Below the pieces are notes generated by a model. The model saw nothing but the letters and a program-made list of their open reading frames with translations. It did no database searches and had not been told where the DNA came from. Positions 1-9,209 of a DNA stretch of 14,084 nt are shown here, piece by piece. The stretch covers positions 1-14,084 of the IMG/VR virus record IMGVR_UViG_2541047837_000006; one strand, written 5' to 3'. Positions within the stretch are counted from its first letter, which is position 1. Each line of letters opens with the position of its first letter. The DNA comes from a virus. Lineage: Duplodnaviria > Heunggongvirae > Uroviricota > Caudoviricetes. The position numbers and the translations under genes were made by a program.

Positions 1-288
1 TCAATGGTTGGCGTCATTATCTTTTTCTCTTTCTGAACGTGAATATTGCGGTGGACGGTTCATCAGCTGTGGGGCAAGACGTTTTGCCACCTGAAGAATA
101 ACCACCACCGCAGCGGGAAGCATGAGCAAAACACCGAGAAAAATCATCAGAATCTGCACTTCTGGCCGAGAAAATGGCTCAGGCAGCGACAGGGAGTCGC
201 TTACCGACAGCAGCGCCACCGCCAGTAGCATCATTCCGATAAATTCCAGTATCAACACGCCTTTAGGCAATTTACCGATCGCGCGCAT
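1..288 (-). CDS. ybjC: Small inner-membrane protein YbjC (DUF1418 family)
   Basis: 95-aa ORF with hydrophobic segments; translation matches my recollection of E. coli YbjC; divergent from grxA as in E. coli. Confidence 0.8.
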   Translation of the reverse strand: MRAIGKLPKGVLILEFIGMMLLAVALLSVSDSLSLPEPFSRPEVQILMIFLGVLLMLPAAVVVILQVAKRLAPQLMNRPPQYSRSEREKDNDANH

Positions 289-447
289 ACGCTTCCCTCT
301 GCAAAGTGAGCCTTCAGTCTAAAACTTTTCACTGTATTGTGTTTAACAGTTATAGCTTTTAGCAATTAATGCAACAGGTTAAACCTACTTTCAGCGAATA
401 CATTTTAGCGTGATCATTACAGGCATAAATCTATGAGGAGAGAAATA

Positions 448-705
448 ATGCAAACCGTTATTTTTGGTCGTTCGGGTTGCCCTTACTGTGTGCGTGCAAA
501 AGATCTGGCTGAGAAATTGAGCAATGAACGCGATGATTTTCAGTATCAGTATGTAGATATTCGTGCGGAAGGGATCACTAAAGAAGATCTACAACAAAAG
601 GCAGGTAAACCCGTAGAAACCGTGCCGCAGATTTTTGTCGATCAGCAACATATCGGCGGCTATACCGATTTTGCTGCATGGGTGAAAGAAAATCTGGACG
701 CCTGA
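448..705 (+). CDS. grxA: Glutaredoxin 1
   Basis: Translation MQTVIFGRSGCPYCVRAKDLAEKL carries the CPYC active-site motif. Start chosen at ATG 448 (SD-like GAGGAGAG at 436-443) rather than the in-frame ATG at 433. Confidence 0.93.
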   Translation: MQTVIFGRSGCPYCVRAKDLAEKLSNERDDFQYQYVDIRAEGITKEDLQQKAGKPVETVPQIFVDQQHIGGYTDFAAWVKENLDA

Positions 706-714
706 TCGTCTGAC

Positions 715-747
715 AAGCCCTCGCGTTGAGGGCTTTACTGATTTTTT
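715..747. terminator. Putative bidirectional terminator between convergent grxA and ybjM
   Basis: Stem agccctc (716-722) / gagggct (728-734) with 5-nt loop, followed by T-run 742-747; lies between two convergent stop codons. Confidence 0.45.
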
Positions 748-1112
748 CTGTGCTGTGGTTTAAACAAACTACTGATAAATAAGAAACACAGTGCCCCCAG
801 CGCACACCAGAACACCGCGCTTAGTAACCATGCCAGCTCTTGCCAGAATGAGCGCGTCGGTGAAAAAAACAGCCGCATAATGAGCATCGAACAGGGTGCC
901 GCCAGCATTGCGCCAAACAGAGGTTTCAGGACTTCTCTACGCTGTGAAAAGAAGCTGGCGACTGCTCCAGGAAGAATGAAAAATAGCAAGCCGATTTCAG
1001 GATGCCCGGCAGCCCGAAAAGCGCCTTTCATGTGCGTCGCCAGAAAAAGGCACACCACAATGAAGAGGACAAAACAGCAGATTGCCCCCGCCCAACGTTG
1101 TTTATGTTTCAC
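735..1112 (-). CDS. ybjM: Inner-membrane protein YbjM
   Basis: 125-aa strongly hydrophobic ORF; translation and position next to grxA and ybjL match E. coli YbjM as I recall it. Confidence 0.8.
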   Translation of the reverse strand: MKHKQRWAGAICCFVLFIVVCLFLATHMKGAFRAAGHPEIGLLFFILPGAVASFFSQRREVLKPLFGAMLAAPCSMLIMRLFFSPTRSFWQELAWLLSAVFWCALGALCFLFISSLFKPQHRKNQ

Positions 1113-1381
1113 TCGTTCCTCCTGACACTGCGTCTATCGAACACATTTTTCGCCAGTGTGGCGTTCAGTAAGATAAAGCCGCTTCGCATTCCATGCTAAT
1201 ATAGGCCAACGCAATTCATATAGCCGTTGATACCTAATGTGATTACACTAGTAAAATATATTGTTGCTTTACTATCGTTTAGGTGCGCTGAATGAATCTG
1301 CGCCCTGAATTCTGGTAAAAAACATTATCGTAAATTACCATTTCTTTCAACAGCTTACTAGTAAACAAGAAGTTAGCCTCC

Positions 1382-3067
1382 GTGAATATAAACGTCGCCG
1401 AATTGTTAAATGGGAATTACATTCTGTTATTATTTGTGGTCCTCGCGCTTGGGCTATGTCTCGGAAAGTTACGACTTGGTTCGATCCAACTGGGTAATTC
1501 CATTGGCGTTTTAGTCGTATCGCTGTTATTAGGCCAACAACATTTCAGCATTAACACCGATGCGCTTAATCTTGGCTTTATGCTGTTTATTTTCTGCGTC
1601 GGGGTCGAAGCCGGACCGAACTTTTTTTCCATTTTTTTTCGCGATGGGAAAAATTACCTAATGTTAGCACTGGTGATGGTTGGCAGTGCGCTGGTGATCG
1701 CCTTAGGGTTAGGTAAGCTGTTTGGCTGGGATATTGGCCTGACGGCCGGTATGTTAGCAGGCTCTATGACGTCGACACCGGTTCTGGTCGGTGCTGGCGA
1801 TACACTGCGTCATTCCGGCATGGAAAGCAGGCAGCTCTCACTGGCACTGGATAATCTGAGCCTCGGGTATGCCTTAACCTATTTAATCGGTCTGGTGAGT
1901 TTGATTGTTGGTGCGCGTTACTTGCCGAAATTGCAGCATCAGGACTTACAGACCAGCGCCCAGCAAATCGCCCGCGAACGTGGCCTGGACACTGATGCCA
2001 ACCGTAAGGTTTATTTACCGGTGATCCGCGCCTATCGCGTCGGCCCGGAACTGGTGGCCTGGACCGACGGCAAAAATCTGCGTGAACTGGGTATTTATCG
2101 ACAAACCGGCTGCTACATTGAACGTATTCGACGTAACGGGATTCTGGCAAATCCAGACGGTGATGCCGTGCTACAAATGGGCGATGAAATAGCGTTGGTA
2201 GGCTATCCCGACGCCCATGCCCGACTCGATCCCAGCTTCCGTAACGGTAAAGAAGTTTTCGATCGTGACCTTCTCGACATGCGTATCGTCACTGAAGAAG
2301 TGGTCGTTAAAAACCATAACGCTGTAGGTAAACGTCTCGCACAACTGAAGTTGACCGATCACGGTTGCTTCCTTAACCGCGTCATTCGTAGCCAGATTGA
2401 GATGCCGATAGATGACAACGTCGTGCTTAACAAAGGTGACGTTTTACAAGTCAGCGGCGATGCCCGCCGCGTAAAAACCATCGCCGATCGCATCGGCTTT
2501 ATCTCGATTCACAGCCAGGTCACTGACCTGCTGGCATTCTGCGCCTTCTTTGTTATTGGGCTGATGATCGGGATGATCACCTTCCAGTTCAGCACATTCA
2601 GTTTCGGCATGGGGAACGCTGCCGGGTTGTTATTCGCCGGAATTATGCTGGGCTTTATGCGTGCTAACCACCCGACCTTCGGTTACATTCCGCAGGGTGC
2701 ATTAAGCATGGTGAAAGAGTTCGGCTTGATGGTGTTTATGGCAGGCGTTGGTCTGAGCGCCGGTAGCGGTATTAATAACGGCCTGGGCGCGATTGGCGGT
2801 CAGATGTTGATTGCCGGATTGATTGTCAGTCTGGTGCCCGTGGTTATCTGTTTCTTGTTCGGTGCTTATGTATTGCGAATGAACCGCGCGCTGTTGTTCG
2901 GCGCAATGATGGGCGCACGTACCTGCGCGCCGGCAATGGAGATCATCAGTGATACAGCTCGCAGTAACATCCCGGCGCTGGGCTATGCGGGCACCTATGC
3001 AATCGCCAACGTCCTGCTGACGCTGGCAGGGACAATCATCGTCATGGTATGGCCAGGATTAGGATAA
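1382..3067 (+). CDS. ybjL: Putative AAE-family transporter YbjL (membrane domains flanking cytoplasmic TrkA-C-like domains)
   Basis: 561-aa ORF with GTG start at 1382; hydrophobic N- and C-terminal blocks around a soluble central region; translation [20 protein letters not shown] matches YbjL. Confidence 0.88.
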
Positions 3068-3179
3068 AACTGAAGTTGCCCTGAAAATGAAATTTTTTTG
3101 CACAACCGCAGAACTTTTCCGCAGGGCATCAGTCTTAATTAGTGCCACTGCTTTTCTTTGATGTCCCCATTTTGTGGAG

Positions 3180-3222
3180 CCCATCAACCCCGCCATTTCG
3201 GTTCAAGGTTGATGGGTTTTTT
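3180..3222 (+). terminator. Rho-independent terminator downstream of ybjL
   Basis: Stem cccatcaacc (3180-3189) / ggttgatggg (3207-3216) followed by TTTTTT (3217-3222). Confidence 0.55.
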
Positions 3223-3302
3223 GTTGCCTGAAATTTATACCGTTTAAAATCATGATGTTAGAAGAACTGTTTTTTAACGATGGCGACAAAATGGCGGCAG
3301 CG

Positions 3303-3521
3303 TCAAAGAGAGAGCGCCACCTGCCCTGATTTCATTGGATGCGGCTGAACCGGATTTGACTCTTTTGGCGTTGCAATCGAACGAACAAAAGTTTCATGAG
3401 TAACAAAAGTATGGCTGCAGTTAATGTTCTGGCACTGGTTGTAACGCTCTTTGGTCAATGAAGATACCTGAAAACTGCTGCGAGTATGGGCGGCACTTCC
3501 ACACAGTGGGCAAATCATCAT
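3303..3521 (-). CDS. ogr: Ogr/Delta-family zinc-finger late transcription activator
   Basis: 72-aa product from ATG at 3521 (SD-like GGGGAGAA upstream); C-x2-C-x22-C-x4-C motif (CPLC ... CQNINC). The ORF is open to a GTG at 3554, so the start is uncertain. Confidence 0.85.
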   Translation of the reverse strand: MMICPLCGSAAHTRSSFQVSSLTKERYNQCQNINCSHTFVTHETFVRSIATPKESNPVQPHPMKSGQVALSL

Positions 3522-3611
3522 TTTTCGAGTTCTCCCCATTTTTGCTAAATTCACAATAATGATACCGCATTATCCCATTTTGCAAACTTAAAAGTTCTCC
3601 ATTGCGAAGAA

Positions 3612-4880
3612 TCATTCCATTTCGAAATCATCAATCCTCACTTCAAGCTCCAGACTGGTCGTAAAACCATTATCCGGGCTGACGGTATGTGTCAGAGTCG
3701 TAATGGTCCATTCCGCATCATCTATCGGCTGTTTAAAGCCACTGACTTTCACTGGCATTTCCGTGTAGAGATCTGCCCGCCCTTCCGCCAGTTGTAGCGA
3801 GAATGACGCAACGCCGCGTTGCAGGCGTTCCCACTGCATTTTCGCCGCTCGTTCAGCGTTGCCCCGGTTGGCATAAGTACGATTAAGTACCAGCACGTTT
3901 TCATCCGTACCCACCAGGTAATCGCCCTGCTTCGCTTCCGGCTCTTTCTTCTGCTTTGCGGTCCTGCGCTTACGCTTCACCGTGGTGCTTTCTTTCTTCG
4001 CGGGTTCGCGGGTATGCAACCAGCTGGCAATTACGCCCGTGTAAGATCCGCGATCTGCCAGGGTAAAGCGGTGACTGTCGCCGTCCTTACGTGTGATAGT
4101 GATCACCGGCAGTGGTTTACCGCTGGCGCTTTTACCCTGTCCCTGCCGAATGAATAACAGATTGCCATTTTTCACCGACGCAATAGCACCGTACTGGCGC
4201 GCCAGCCGCATCAGAAAACTGCCGTCACTCTCATTAGTCTGGTCTATATGTTCCACGGGTTTATCTGACAGGTCTTTACCCAGTGCCATCTTCAGCTTGT
4301 GACGCGCGGCTATTTCCTTCACCACTTCCCCAACTGTGGTCTTGTGCCACGATTTTTCACGGCGGGTATTCAGCGTTTCCCGAAAATCAGCACTTCGCGC
4401 CCGGACACCGTCCACAATTTCCACCATGTTGATAAGGTCCACTTCGTAGAGCACCTCACCATTGATGGTCAGCTTCGCGTAGCTGTTGGTACTGGTCACT
4501 TTGGTGGTGTTGCTTTCGCCCGTCTTCCACTCGCCGGAATCCACTTCTTTGTGACGTCCACGCACCACAAGCTCCACGGCCTGCACTTCCCCGGTATCGT
4601 CACGCTGGATAGAGCCGGTAAAGCGCAGCTGGATGCCATCCACCGTAGCTTTGCCCATCTGCTTAAACAGCAGCAGCTCAGTACCGCCAATGGAAAATTC
4701 AGTATCCAGTGCGCCGTCATCCAGTCCCAGATCCACATCCACCGCCCCCGGCATACCGCCGCCGCGATACTTCTCATATTTGCGGGTGAATTTCGGCAGC
4801 GTCAGCGACTCTACGATCCCCTGCCAGTTGTTCCCGTCGTTAAACAGGTTCAGATGTTTTAATTTACGTGGTAAAGCCAT
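3612..4880 (-). CDS. Chimeric ORF: tail tube FII-like N-terminus (~155 aa) fused in frame to tail protein D-like C-terminus (~265 aa); probable deletion product
   Basis: N-terminus MALPRKLKHLNLFNDG resembles P2 FII tail tube; C-terminus resembles the gpD family and sits directly upstream of ogr as D does in P2. The genes expected between FII and D (E, E', T, U) are absent. Confidence 0.65.
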   Translation of the reverse strand: MALPRKLKHLNLFNDGNNWQGIVESLTLPKFTRKYEKYRGGGMPGAVDVDLGLDDGALDTEFSIGGTELLLFKQMGKATVDGIQLRFTGSIQRDDTGEVQAVELVVRGRHKEVDSGEWKTGESNTTKVTSTNSYAKLTINGEVLYEVDLINMVEIVDGVRARSADFRETLNTRREKSWHKTTVGEVVKEIAARHKLKMALGKDLSDKPVEHIDQTNESDGSFLMRLARQYGAIASVKNGNLLFIRQGQGKSASGKPLPVITITRKDGDSHRFTLADRGSYTGVIASWLHTREPAKKESTTVKRKRRTAKQKKEPEAKQGDYLVGTDENVLVLNRTYANRGNAERAAKMQWERLQRGVASFSLQLAEGRADLYTEMPVKVSGFKQPIDDAEWTITTLTHTVSPDNGFTTSLELEVRIDDFEME

Positions 4881-4889
4881 GTTGCCCCC

Positions 4890-6062
4890 TTACGCGCTTA
4901 CCTGGCTGGAGAAATTCACCAGGTACTGATCGGTGATGCGCTGACGCAGCATCAGGTTTTCAAGTGGCGGTACTGGCGTGTAGTCGTAATCGATGGTGAG
5001 TTTTCCGGCTTTCAGCGTGTCTTTATCGTTCACCGACTCGTCCAGCCAGCAATCACCACCAATGAGATAGCCCTGACTGACCAGGCTGCGCATTTTGGCG
5101 CGAATACCTTCGATAATGTCGCGGGCCAGCGACGGGTTCAGCGGTTTGTCCACCGCCCACATATGCGCTTCTGCCATCGTGTCCATCAGTACCTGCGCCG
5201 TGCGGGTGTAGTTTTCGAAGGCAAAGAGCGGGTCATCACTCAGGCAGCGGGAACCCCAGAAGCGGAAACCGTCTTTGCGGATAAGCGTGGTGACGTCGTT
5301 CTGGTTAAGCAGTCCCGCATCGGTTGCCGGGTCCTGCAGATCCCAGAACACATCAGCAGAAATTCCGGTGACACCGTTCACGCCTACGTTGGACAGGCTC
5401 TTGTGCCACCCGGTCTGCTCATCAATTTTGGCGCGCAGACCGAGCGCACGGGCGGTGGCATATGCCGTTGCTTCGGCATTCAGCACCGTGTCCCAGCCAG
5501 TAAAGTCAGGCCAGATCAGCATCCCTTCGCGCTGACTGAAGTTTTCACGGTAAGTGATCGCCTCCTGCACTGTCTTGCAGCCATACGCTGACAGGTAAGC
5601 AAACCCGCGCAGGCTTTGCGCCACACTCAGCAGCTCAGTCGCAACGGCTTTGTTATCGTGACCCGGCACGCCGAGAATGCGCGGTTTAACGCCGAGCTGT
5701 GACTGGGCAGATAACAGGGCTTTCATACCTGTTTTTTTACCCTCGGCGGTCACTGCGCCAATGATATTGGTTGTGGTTTCTTCTTCCGTTTCACCCTGCG
5801 GCACACGCACAACAACGGTCACGGGTTTTGCCTGGTCAGCGATGGCATCCAGCGAACGGGCCAGCGTGCCGGACTCACCCGCTTTACCGCTGGCAGTCAG
5901 CACATCAGTGATCAGCACGGGTTTATTAAGAGGAAACATTTTTGCATCGGCATCATCGCCCGTGCAGACCATGCCCACGATGGCGGTGCTCACCGTGGTA
6001 ATGGATCGGGTGCCTTCGTTGACTTCAACAACGCGCACTCCGTGGTGGTAATCCTGAGCCAT
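4890..6062 (-). CDS. FI: Contractile tail sheath protein FI
   Basis: 390-aa product; N-terminus [19 protein letters not shown] and C-terminal region [13 protein letters not shown] match P2 FI as I recall it; immediately upstream of the FII-like ORF. Confidence 0.9.
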   Translation of the reverse strand: MAQDYHHGVRVVEVNEGTRSITTVSTAIVGMVCTGDDADAKMFPLNKPVLITDVLTASGKAGESGTLARSLDAIADQAKPVTVVVRVPQGETEEETTTNIIGAVTAEGKKTGMKALLSAQSQLGVKPRILGVPGHDNKAVATELLSVAQSLRGFAYLSAYGCKTVQEAITYRENFSQREGMLIWPDFTGWDTVLNAEATAYATARALGLRAKIDEQTGWHKSLSNVGVNGVTGISADVFWDLQDPATDAGLLNQNDVTTLIRKDGFRFWGSRCLSDDPLFAFENYTRTAQVLMDTMAEAHMWAVDKPLNPSLARDIIEGIRAKMRSLVSQGYLIGGDCWLDESVNDKDTLKAGKLTIDYDYTPVPPLENLMLRQRITDQYLVNFSSQVSA

Positions 6063-6084
6063 AAGGCAGTCTCTCCGGTTGTAG

Positions 6085-6160
6085 AGGGGGTCTGCCTATG
6101 TTCTGGTTGATACGCGCAGGGTGCACGCGATGGGGATTGTATGGGAAATGGCACAACAGC
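6085..6160 (-). promoter_or_regulatory. Putative Ogr-dependent late promoter pF (dyad TGT-N12-ACA at 6138-6155)
   Basis: TGT (6138-6140), 12-nt spacer, ACA (6153-6155); dyad centre about 85 nt upstream of the FI ATG, consistent with a -55 activator site and ~30-nt leader. Confidence 0.5.
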
Positions 6161-6275
6161 GCCATGAGGGCTTTTCATAAAATAATCAATATATCTCAAT
6201 ATGTATTGATTATTATACGCAAATCTATTTTACTATTGCGCATCTGTCATCCATTTAAATCAGATTGAATACTAT

Positions 6276-7307
6276 ATGAAAAGAGATATTTCTTTAGACC
6301 TGTTACGTATTATTTGTTGTATTTTTGTAATAGGAATTCATGTCACGCCCGACTATGCTTATACTGTTACCAGTAACCAAACAGAAAGTATACAAATACA
6401 AACTCTTTTTGCACAATCAATTGTACGCATTGGTTTACCAATATTCTTTATGTTAAGTGGATACTACCTACTCAACAGACAAAATAGCACTCCACTTTTG
6501 TTTTATAAAAAAAGAATCCCCGCCATTATTATCCCTTTTGTAATATATTCATTAGCACATTACTATATTATTAGCTGGAATAATGGAACGTCATCGAATT
6601 TACTTGAATATTTCTCATTAATATCTAAAAGCACTATTTCACTCTCTGTGCATTTCTGGTTTGTTTATGCCTTTATCGGTTTGTATTTAACCGCTCCAGC
6701 AATTCAATACATAGTCAATAAAATCCCACAAGCCGACAGCCTTAAGGTGATTATAGTTTTGGCTTTCATTTTTTATTATTCATTATACTCATACTCTCTA
6801 AGCCAATCCTCTCAATACTACCATCATTTAATCCCATTACAGAGCATAGATACATGGGTTTTATATTTTGTTGTCGGCGGATTATTAAAAAGAGTTGACA
6901 TTAAAACACATTATATTGTATATAGCATCCCTTTTATATTTTTACTACATGTGATGTTTGTTTATTTTAGCGTTAACAAATATAACTTTAACATATACCC
7001 ATTTGACTCAGGGATTAATATGTTGTTAATGTGTTCCTTGATAGTAATTGCATTTACAAAAATAAACATCAATAATAAAAAAATAATTTTAATCATTGAA
7101 AAAATAGCACCTCTGACATACGGAATTTATTTAATTCATGTTTGTGTTTTCAGAGTCTTAGAGAAATATTTCAATATTCCTTTTATCGTGGACAACATTT
7201 TACTAAAAACAACATCCCTGTCTTTAGTCATTTTTTTTATCAGCCTTGGTTTAAGCTTGATTATTGATCGGTTGTTTGTTAATCCAATTCTCAGACTGAA
7301 TCGTTAA
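6276..7307 (+). CDS. Acyltransferase-3 family integral membrane protein (Oac/OafA-like acyltransferase); prophage cargo gene
   Basis: 343 aa, highly hydrophobic with multiple predicted TM segments; N-terminal LDLLRIICCIFVIGIHV resembles the family signature; strongly AT-rich; occupies the position of Z/fun in P2. Confidence 0.72.
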   Translation: MKRDISLDLLRIICCIFVIGIHVTPDYAYTVTSNQTESIQIQTLFAQSIVRIGLPIFFMLSGYYLLNRQNSTPLLFYKKRIPAIIIPFVIYSLAHYYIISWNNGTSSNLLEYFSLISKSTISLSVHFWFVYAFIGLYLTAPAIQYIVNKIPQADSLKVIIVLAFIFYYSLYSYSLSQSSQYYHHLIPLQSIDTWVLYFVVGGLLKRVDIKTHYIVYSIPFIFLLHVMFVYFSVNKYNFNIYPFDSGINMLLMCSLIVIAFTKININNKKIILIIEKIAPLTYGIYLIHVCVFRVLEKYFNIPFIVDNILLKTTSLSLVIFFISLGLSLIIDRLFVNPILRLNR

Positions 7308-7767
7308 ATGGCTTAGTCGGAAAGGCTGTATCAGAGGCTTTTGATGGATCAATAGCCTCTAATGCTTCAATATAATCAAGCCATATGTTATACATTTCCA
7401 GTTCAGTAGCATTCAGTCTCCCAAGCAATGCTTTCCCCTGCCATTGTTTGTTATTTATATAATTTACAGCTTCTATTATACGTGCTTGTTTTTCAGTTTT
7501 TGCTTTAGCCACTAACTCTGTATATGTGAGTGGTGGCGTATCAATCCATGCAGGCATACCATTATCATCTGCCCCAAGAATTTTTCCTTCCGGAGGTTGT
7601 TTCATGAATTCACAAGCAGTCTCATTTGAAATATCCACCCCTTCCTTAGGCCACATTCCATTTCTTTCATATTCATTTTTTAATATATACGCCATAAATC
7701 TGGCATTTACCTTATCCCATATGAAATCATAAGAAGAATCATGTTGATAATCATCACAACTTTTCAT
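7291..7767 (-). CDS. Tail fibre assembly chaperone (Tfa / gpG-like)
   Basis: 158-aa ORF starting 2 nt after the H stop; soluble protein with a C-terminal region resembling Tfa proteins; AT-rich like the 3' end of H. Confidence 0.6.
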   Translation of the reverse strand: MKSCDDYQHDSSYDFIWDKVNARFMAYILKNEYERNGMWPKEGVDISNETACEFMKQPPEGKILGADDNGMPAWIDTPPLTYTELVAKAKTEKQARIIEAVNYINNKQWQGKALLGRLNATELEMYNIWLDYIEALEAIDPSKASDTAFPTKPFNDSV

Positions 7768-7769
7768 AT

Positions 7770-9209
7770 TTAATATCCAAATGCAATAAATACAGCGCCT
7801 GAAACTTTTGAATCACTGCTGGTTCCTGATGTCAAACAAGTTACAGCAGTAAACCCATCATTATATATACTTTCGCACGACGTAACGACTTGTGCATATG
7901 TCATTTTTGTGACAAACACACCCCATACTCCGTTAGGGAATGGCGTTGGATATGTAATAGGAAGCTGTTGTGGAATACCAATAGTTGTACTATTAGGAAG
8001 ATTTCTTCGAAATATTTGTATAATTAAACCATTCGGACCTTTAACCAACAAATTATCGCTTCCTTTTCCTGTTAGCTGAAAATAGCTCATGTCAGGGATT
8101 TCATAACTATTAGCATTACCAACATTTCTACCTGCCGCATTTCCCAAATGCCCTAAACCAAGATAAGTAAGAATTCCTTCTATATCCTTTCCACTCAAAT
8201 TAGTCAGCGTATTATCCAGCGGTTGTTTGCCTGCCAGCGCATTAAGCATTGTCGTGGCAAAGTTCGGGTCATTCCCCAGCGCCGCCGCCAGTTCGTTCAG
8301 TGTATCCAGTGCCGCAGGTGCAGACCCCACCATTGCTGCAATTGCCGATTTCACAAAAGCTGTAGTGGCAATCTGTGTATTGTTGACCGACTGCGCCGCC
8401 GTGGGGGCTGTTGGCGTTCCGGTGAGTGCCGGACTCGACAACGGTGCTTTTAGTGCCAGCACATTGTTAATGGTGGTACTGAAATTCGGATCATTGTTAA
8501 TGGCTGCGGCTATTTCTTTCAGCGTGTCCAGCGTGGCTGGCGCACCATTAATAAGGGCCGTCAGTGCCGCCTGAACAAACGCAGTGGTCGCAACCTGCGT
8601 GGTATTATTCCCCGCCGCTGGCGTTGGCGCTTTGGGGGTTCCGGTAAACGTCGGACTTTCTTTGGGTGCATACTGTGAATGTGGGTCCTGTGCGGCAAGG
8701 TGTTTTGCCATCAGGTCATCCACATACACCTTCAGCTCCAGTACCTTGTCATCCACATACTTGCGGGTTGCCAGCACTACAGCAGGATCGATTTTCAGGG
8801 TGATATTTTCCGTGCTGCTGGTAATCAGCACCATGCGCACGGTCTGGGTGCGCCCGCTGCCTTCAGCCAGTTGCGGCTTATAGCTTTCCGGGCAGTTGCC
8901 CACGGCAATCAATGCCCCGGACTCATCAAACAGGCCCACTTCACGTATCCACCAACCTCCCTCGTTTTCAGGGATCACCTGTTCGGCAATAATCTGGCTG
9001 CTGTTCTGCGGGTCGATATAGAGCATATTCAGCGCAGCCCGGCGTTTCTCATTTACCAGTGCCGTCTGCTTTGCGTCCGGCGTTGGCAATGTTCCGCCGC
9101 CATCGCCGACCGCCATATGGGTAATTTTTAAAGGCACACCGAGCGCGGCGGCGCTGGCAAGTTTCGCCGCGCCAATATCCGTCAGCAGGGTATAAAATTT
9201 TGTGCTCAT
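7770..9209 (-). CDS. H: Tail fibre protein H with conserved N-terminus and divergent C-terminal receptor-binding region
   Basis: N-terminus MSTKFYTLLTDIGAAKLA ... MAVGDGGG ... ESYKPQLAEGSGR resembles P2 gpH; internal repeats contain the NELAAALGNDPNF motif; C-terminal ~160 aa unrelated and AT-rich. Confidence 0.85.
   Translation of the reverse strand: MSTKFYTLLTDIGAAKLASAAALGVPLKITHMAVGDGGGTLPTPDAKQTALVNEKRRAALNMLYIDPQNSSQIIAEQVIPENEGGWWIREVGLFDESGALIAVGNCPESYKPQLAEGSGRTQTVRMVLITSSTENITLKIDPAVVLATRKYVDDKVLELKVYVDDLMAKHLAAQDPHSQYAPKESPTFTGTPKAPTPAAGNNTTQVATTAFVQAALTALINGAPATLDTLKEIAAAINNDPNFSTTINNVLALKAPLSSPALTGTPTAPTAAQSVNNTQIATTAFVKSAIAAMVGSAPAALDTLNELAAALGNDPNFATTMLNALAGKQPLDNTLTNLSGKDIEGILTYLGLGHLGNAAGRNVGNANSYEIPDMSYFQLTGKGSDNLLVKGPNGLIIQIFRRNLPNSTTIGIPQQLPITYPTPFPNGVWGVFVTKMTYAQVVTSCESIYNDGFTAVTCLTSGTSSDSKVSGAVFIAFGY
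8230..8700. repeat. Diverged tandem duplication (~230 bp unit) inside tail fibre gene H
   Basis: Two protein-level repeats (ATTAFV...ALDTL.E.AAA...DPNF.TT) and corresponding DNA similarity, e.g. gttccggtgagtgccgg versus gttccggtaaacgtcgg; boundaries approximate. Confidence 0.55.

Noticed and set aside
433-447. Upstream ATG extending grxA by 5 codons
   Set aside because: The ATG at 448 has a properly spaced SD and gives the canonical 85-aa glutaredoxin; the ATG at 433 lies inside that SD.
880-1199. Plus-strand ORFs overlapping ybjM
   Set aside because: Antisense to ybjM and highly basic with low complexity; likely non-coding.
1417-2362. Minus-strand ORFs inside ybjL
   Set aside because: Antisense to a conserved host transporter gene; no independent support.
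3068-3302. Possible tRNA or att core at the prophage boundary
   Set aside because: No cloverleaf-compatible sequence recognised by eye, and the other prophage end is outside the window, so no direct repeat can be verified.
3421-3615. 64-aa minus-strand ORF overlapping the ogr start region
   Set aside because: It is in a different frame from the zinc-finger ORF, has no recognisable features, and is most likely a frame shadow.
3819-4862. Plus-strand ORFs (112, 69 and 187 aa) inside the FII::D gene
   Set aside because: They are antisense to a well-supported phage gene in GC-rich DNA, where long spurious ORFs are common; no start signals or recognisable motifs.
5163-6051. Plus-strand ORFs (142, 86 and 124 aa) inside tail sheath gene FI
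   Set aside because: Antisense shadows of FI; low-complexity, Arg/Ser/Pro-rich translations typical of non-coding frames.
8230-8700. Possible CRISPR-like array suggested by repetition
   Set aside because: The repeats are long (~230 bp), diverged, in frame and protein-coding within the tail fibre gene, not short direct repeats with spacers.
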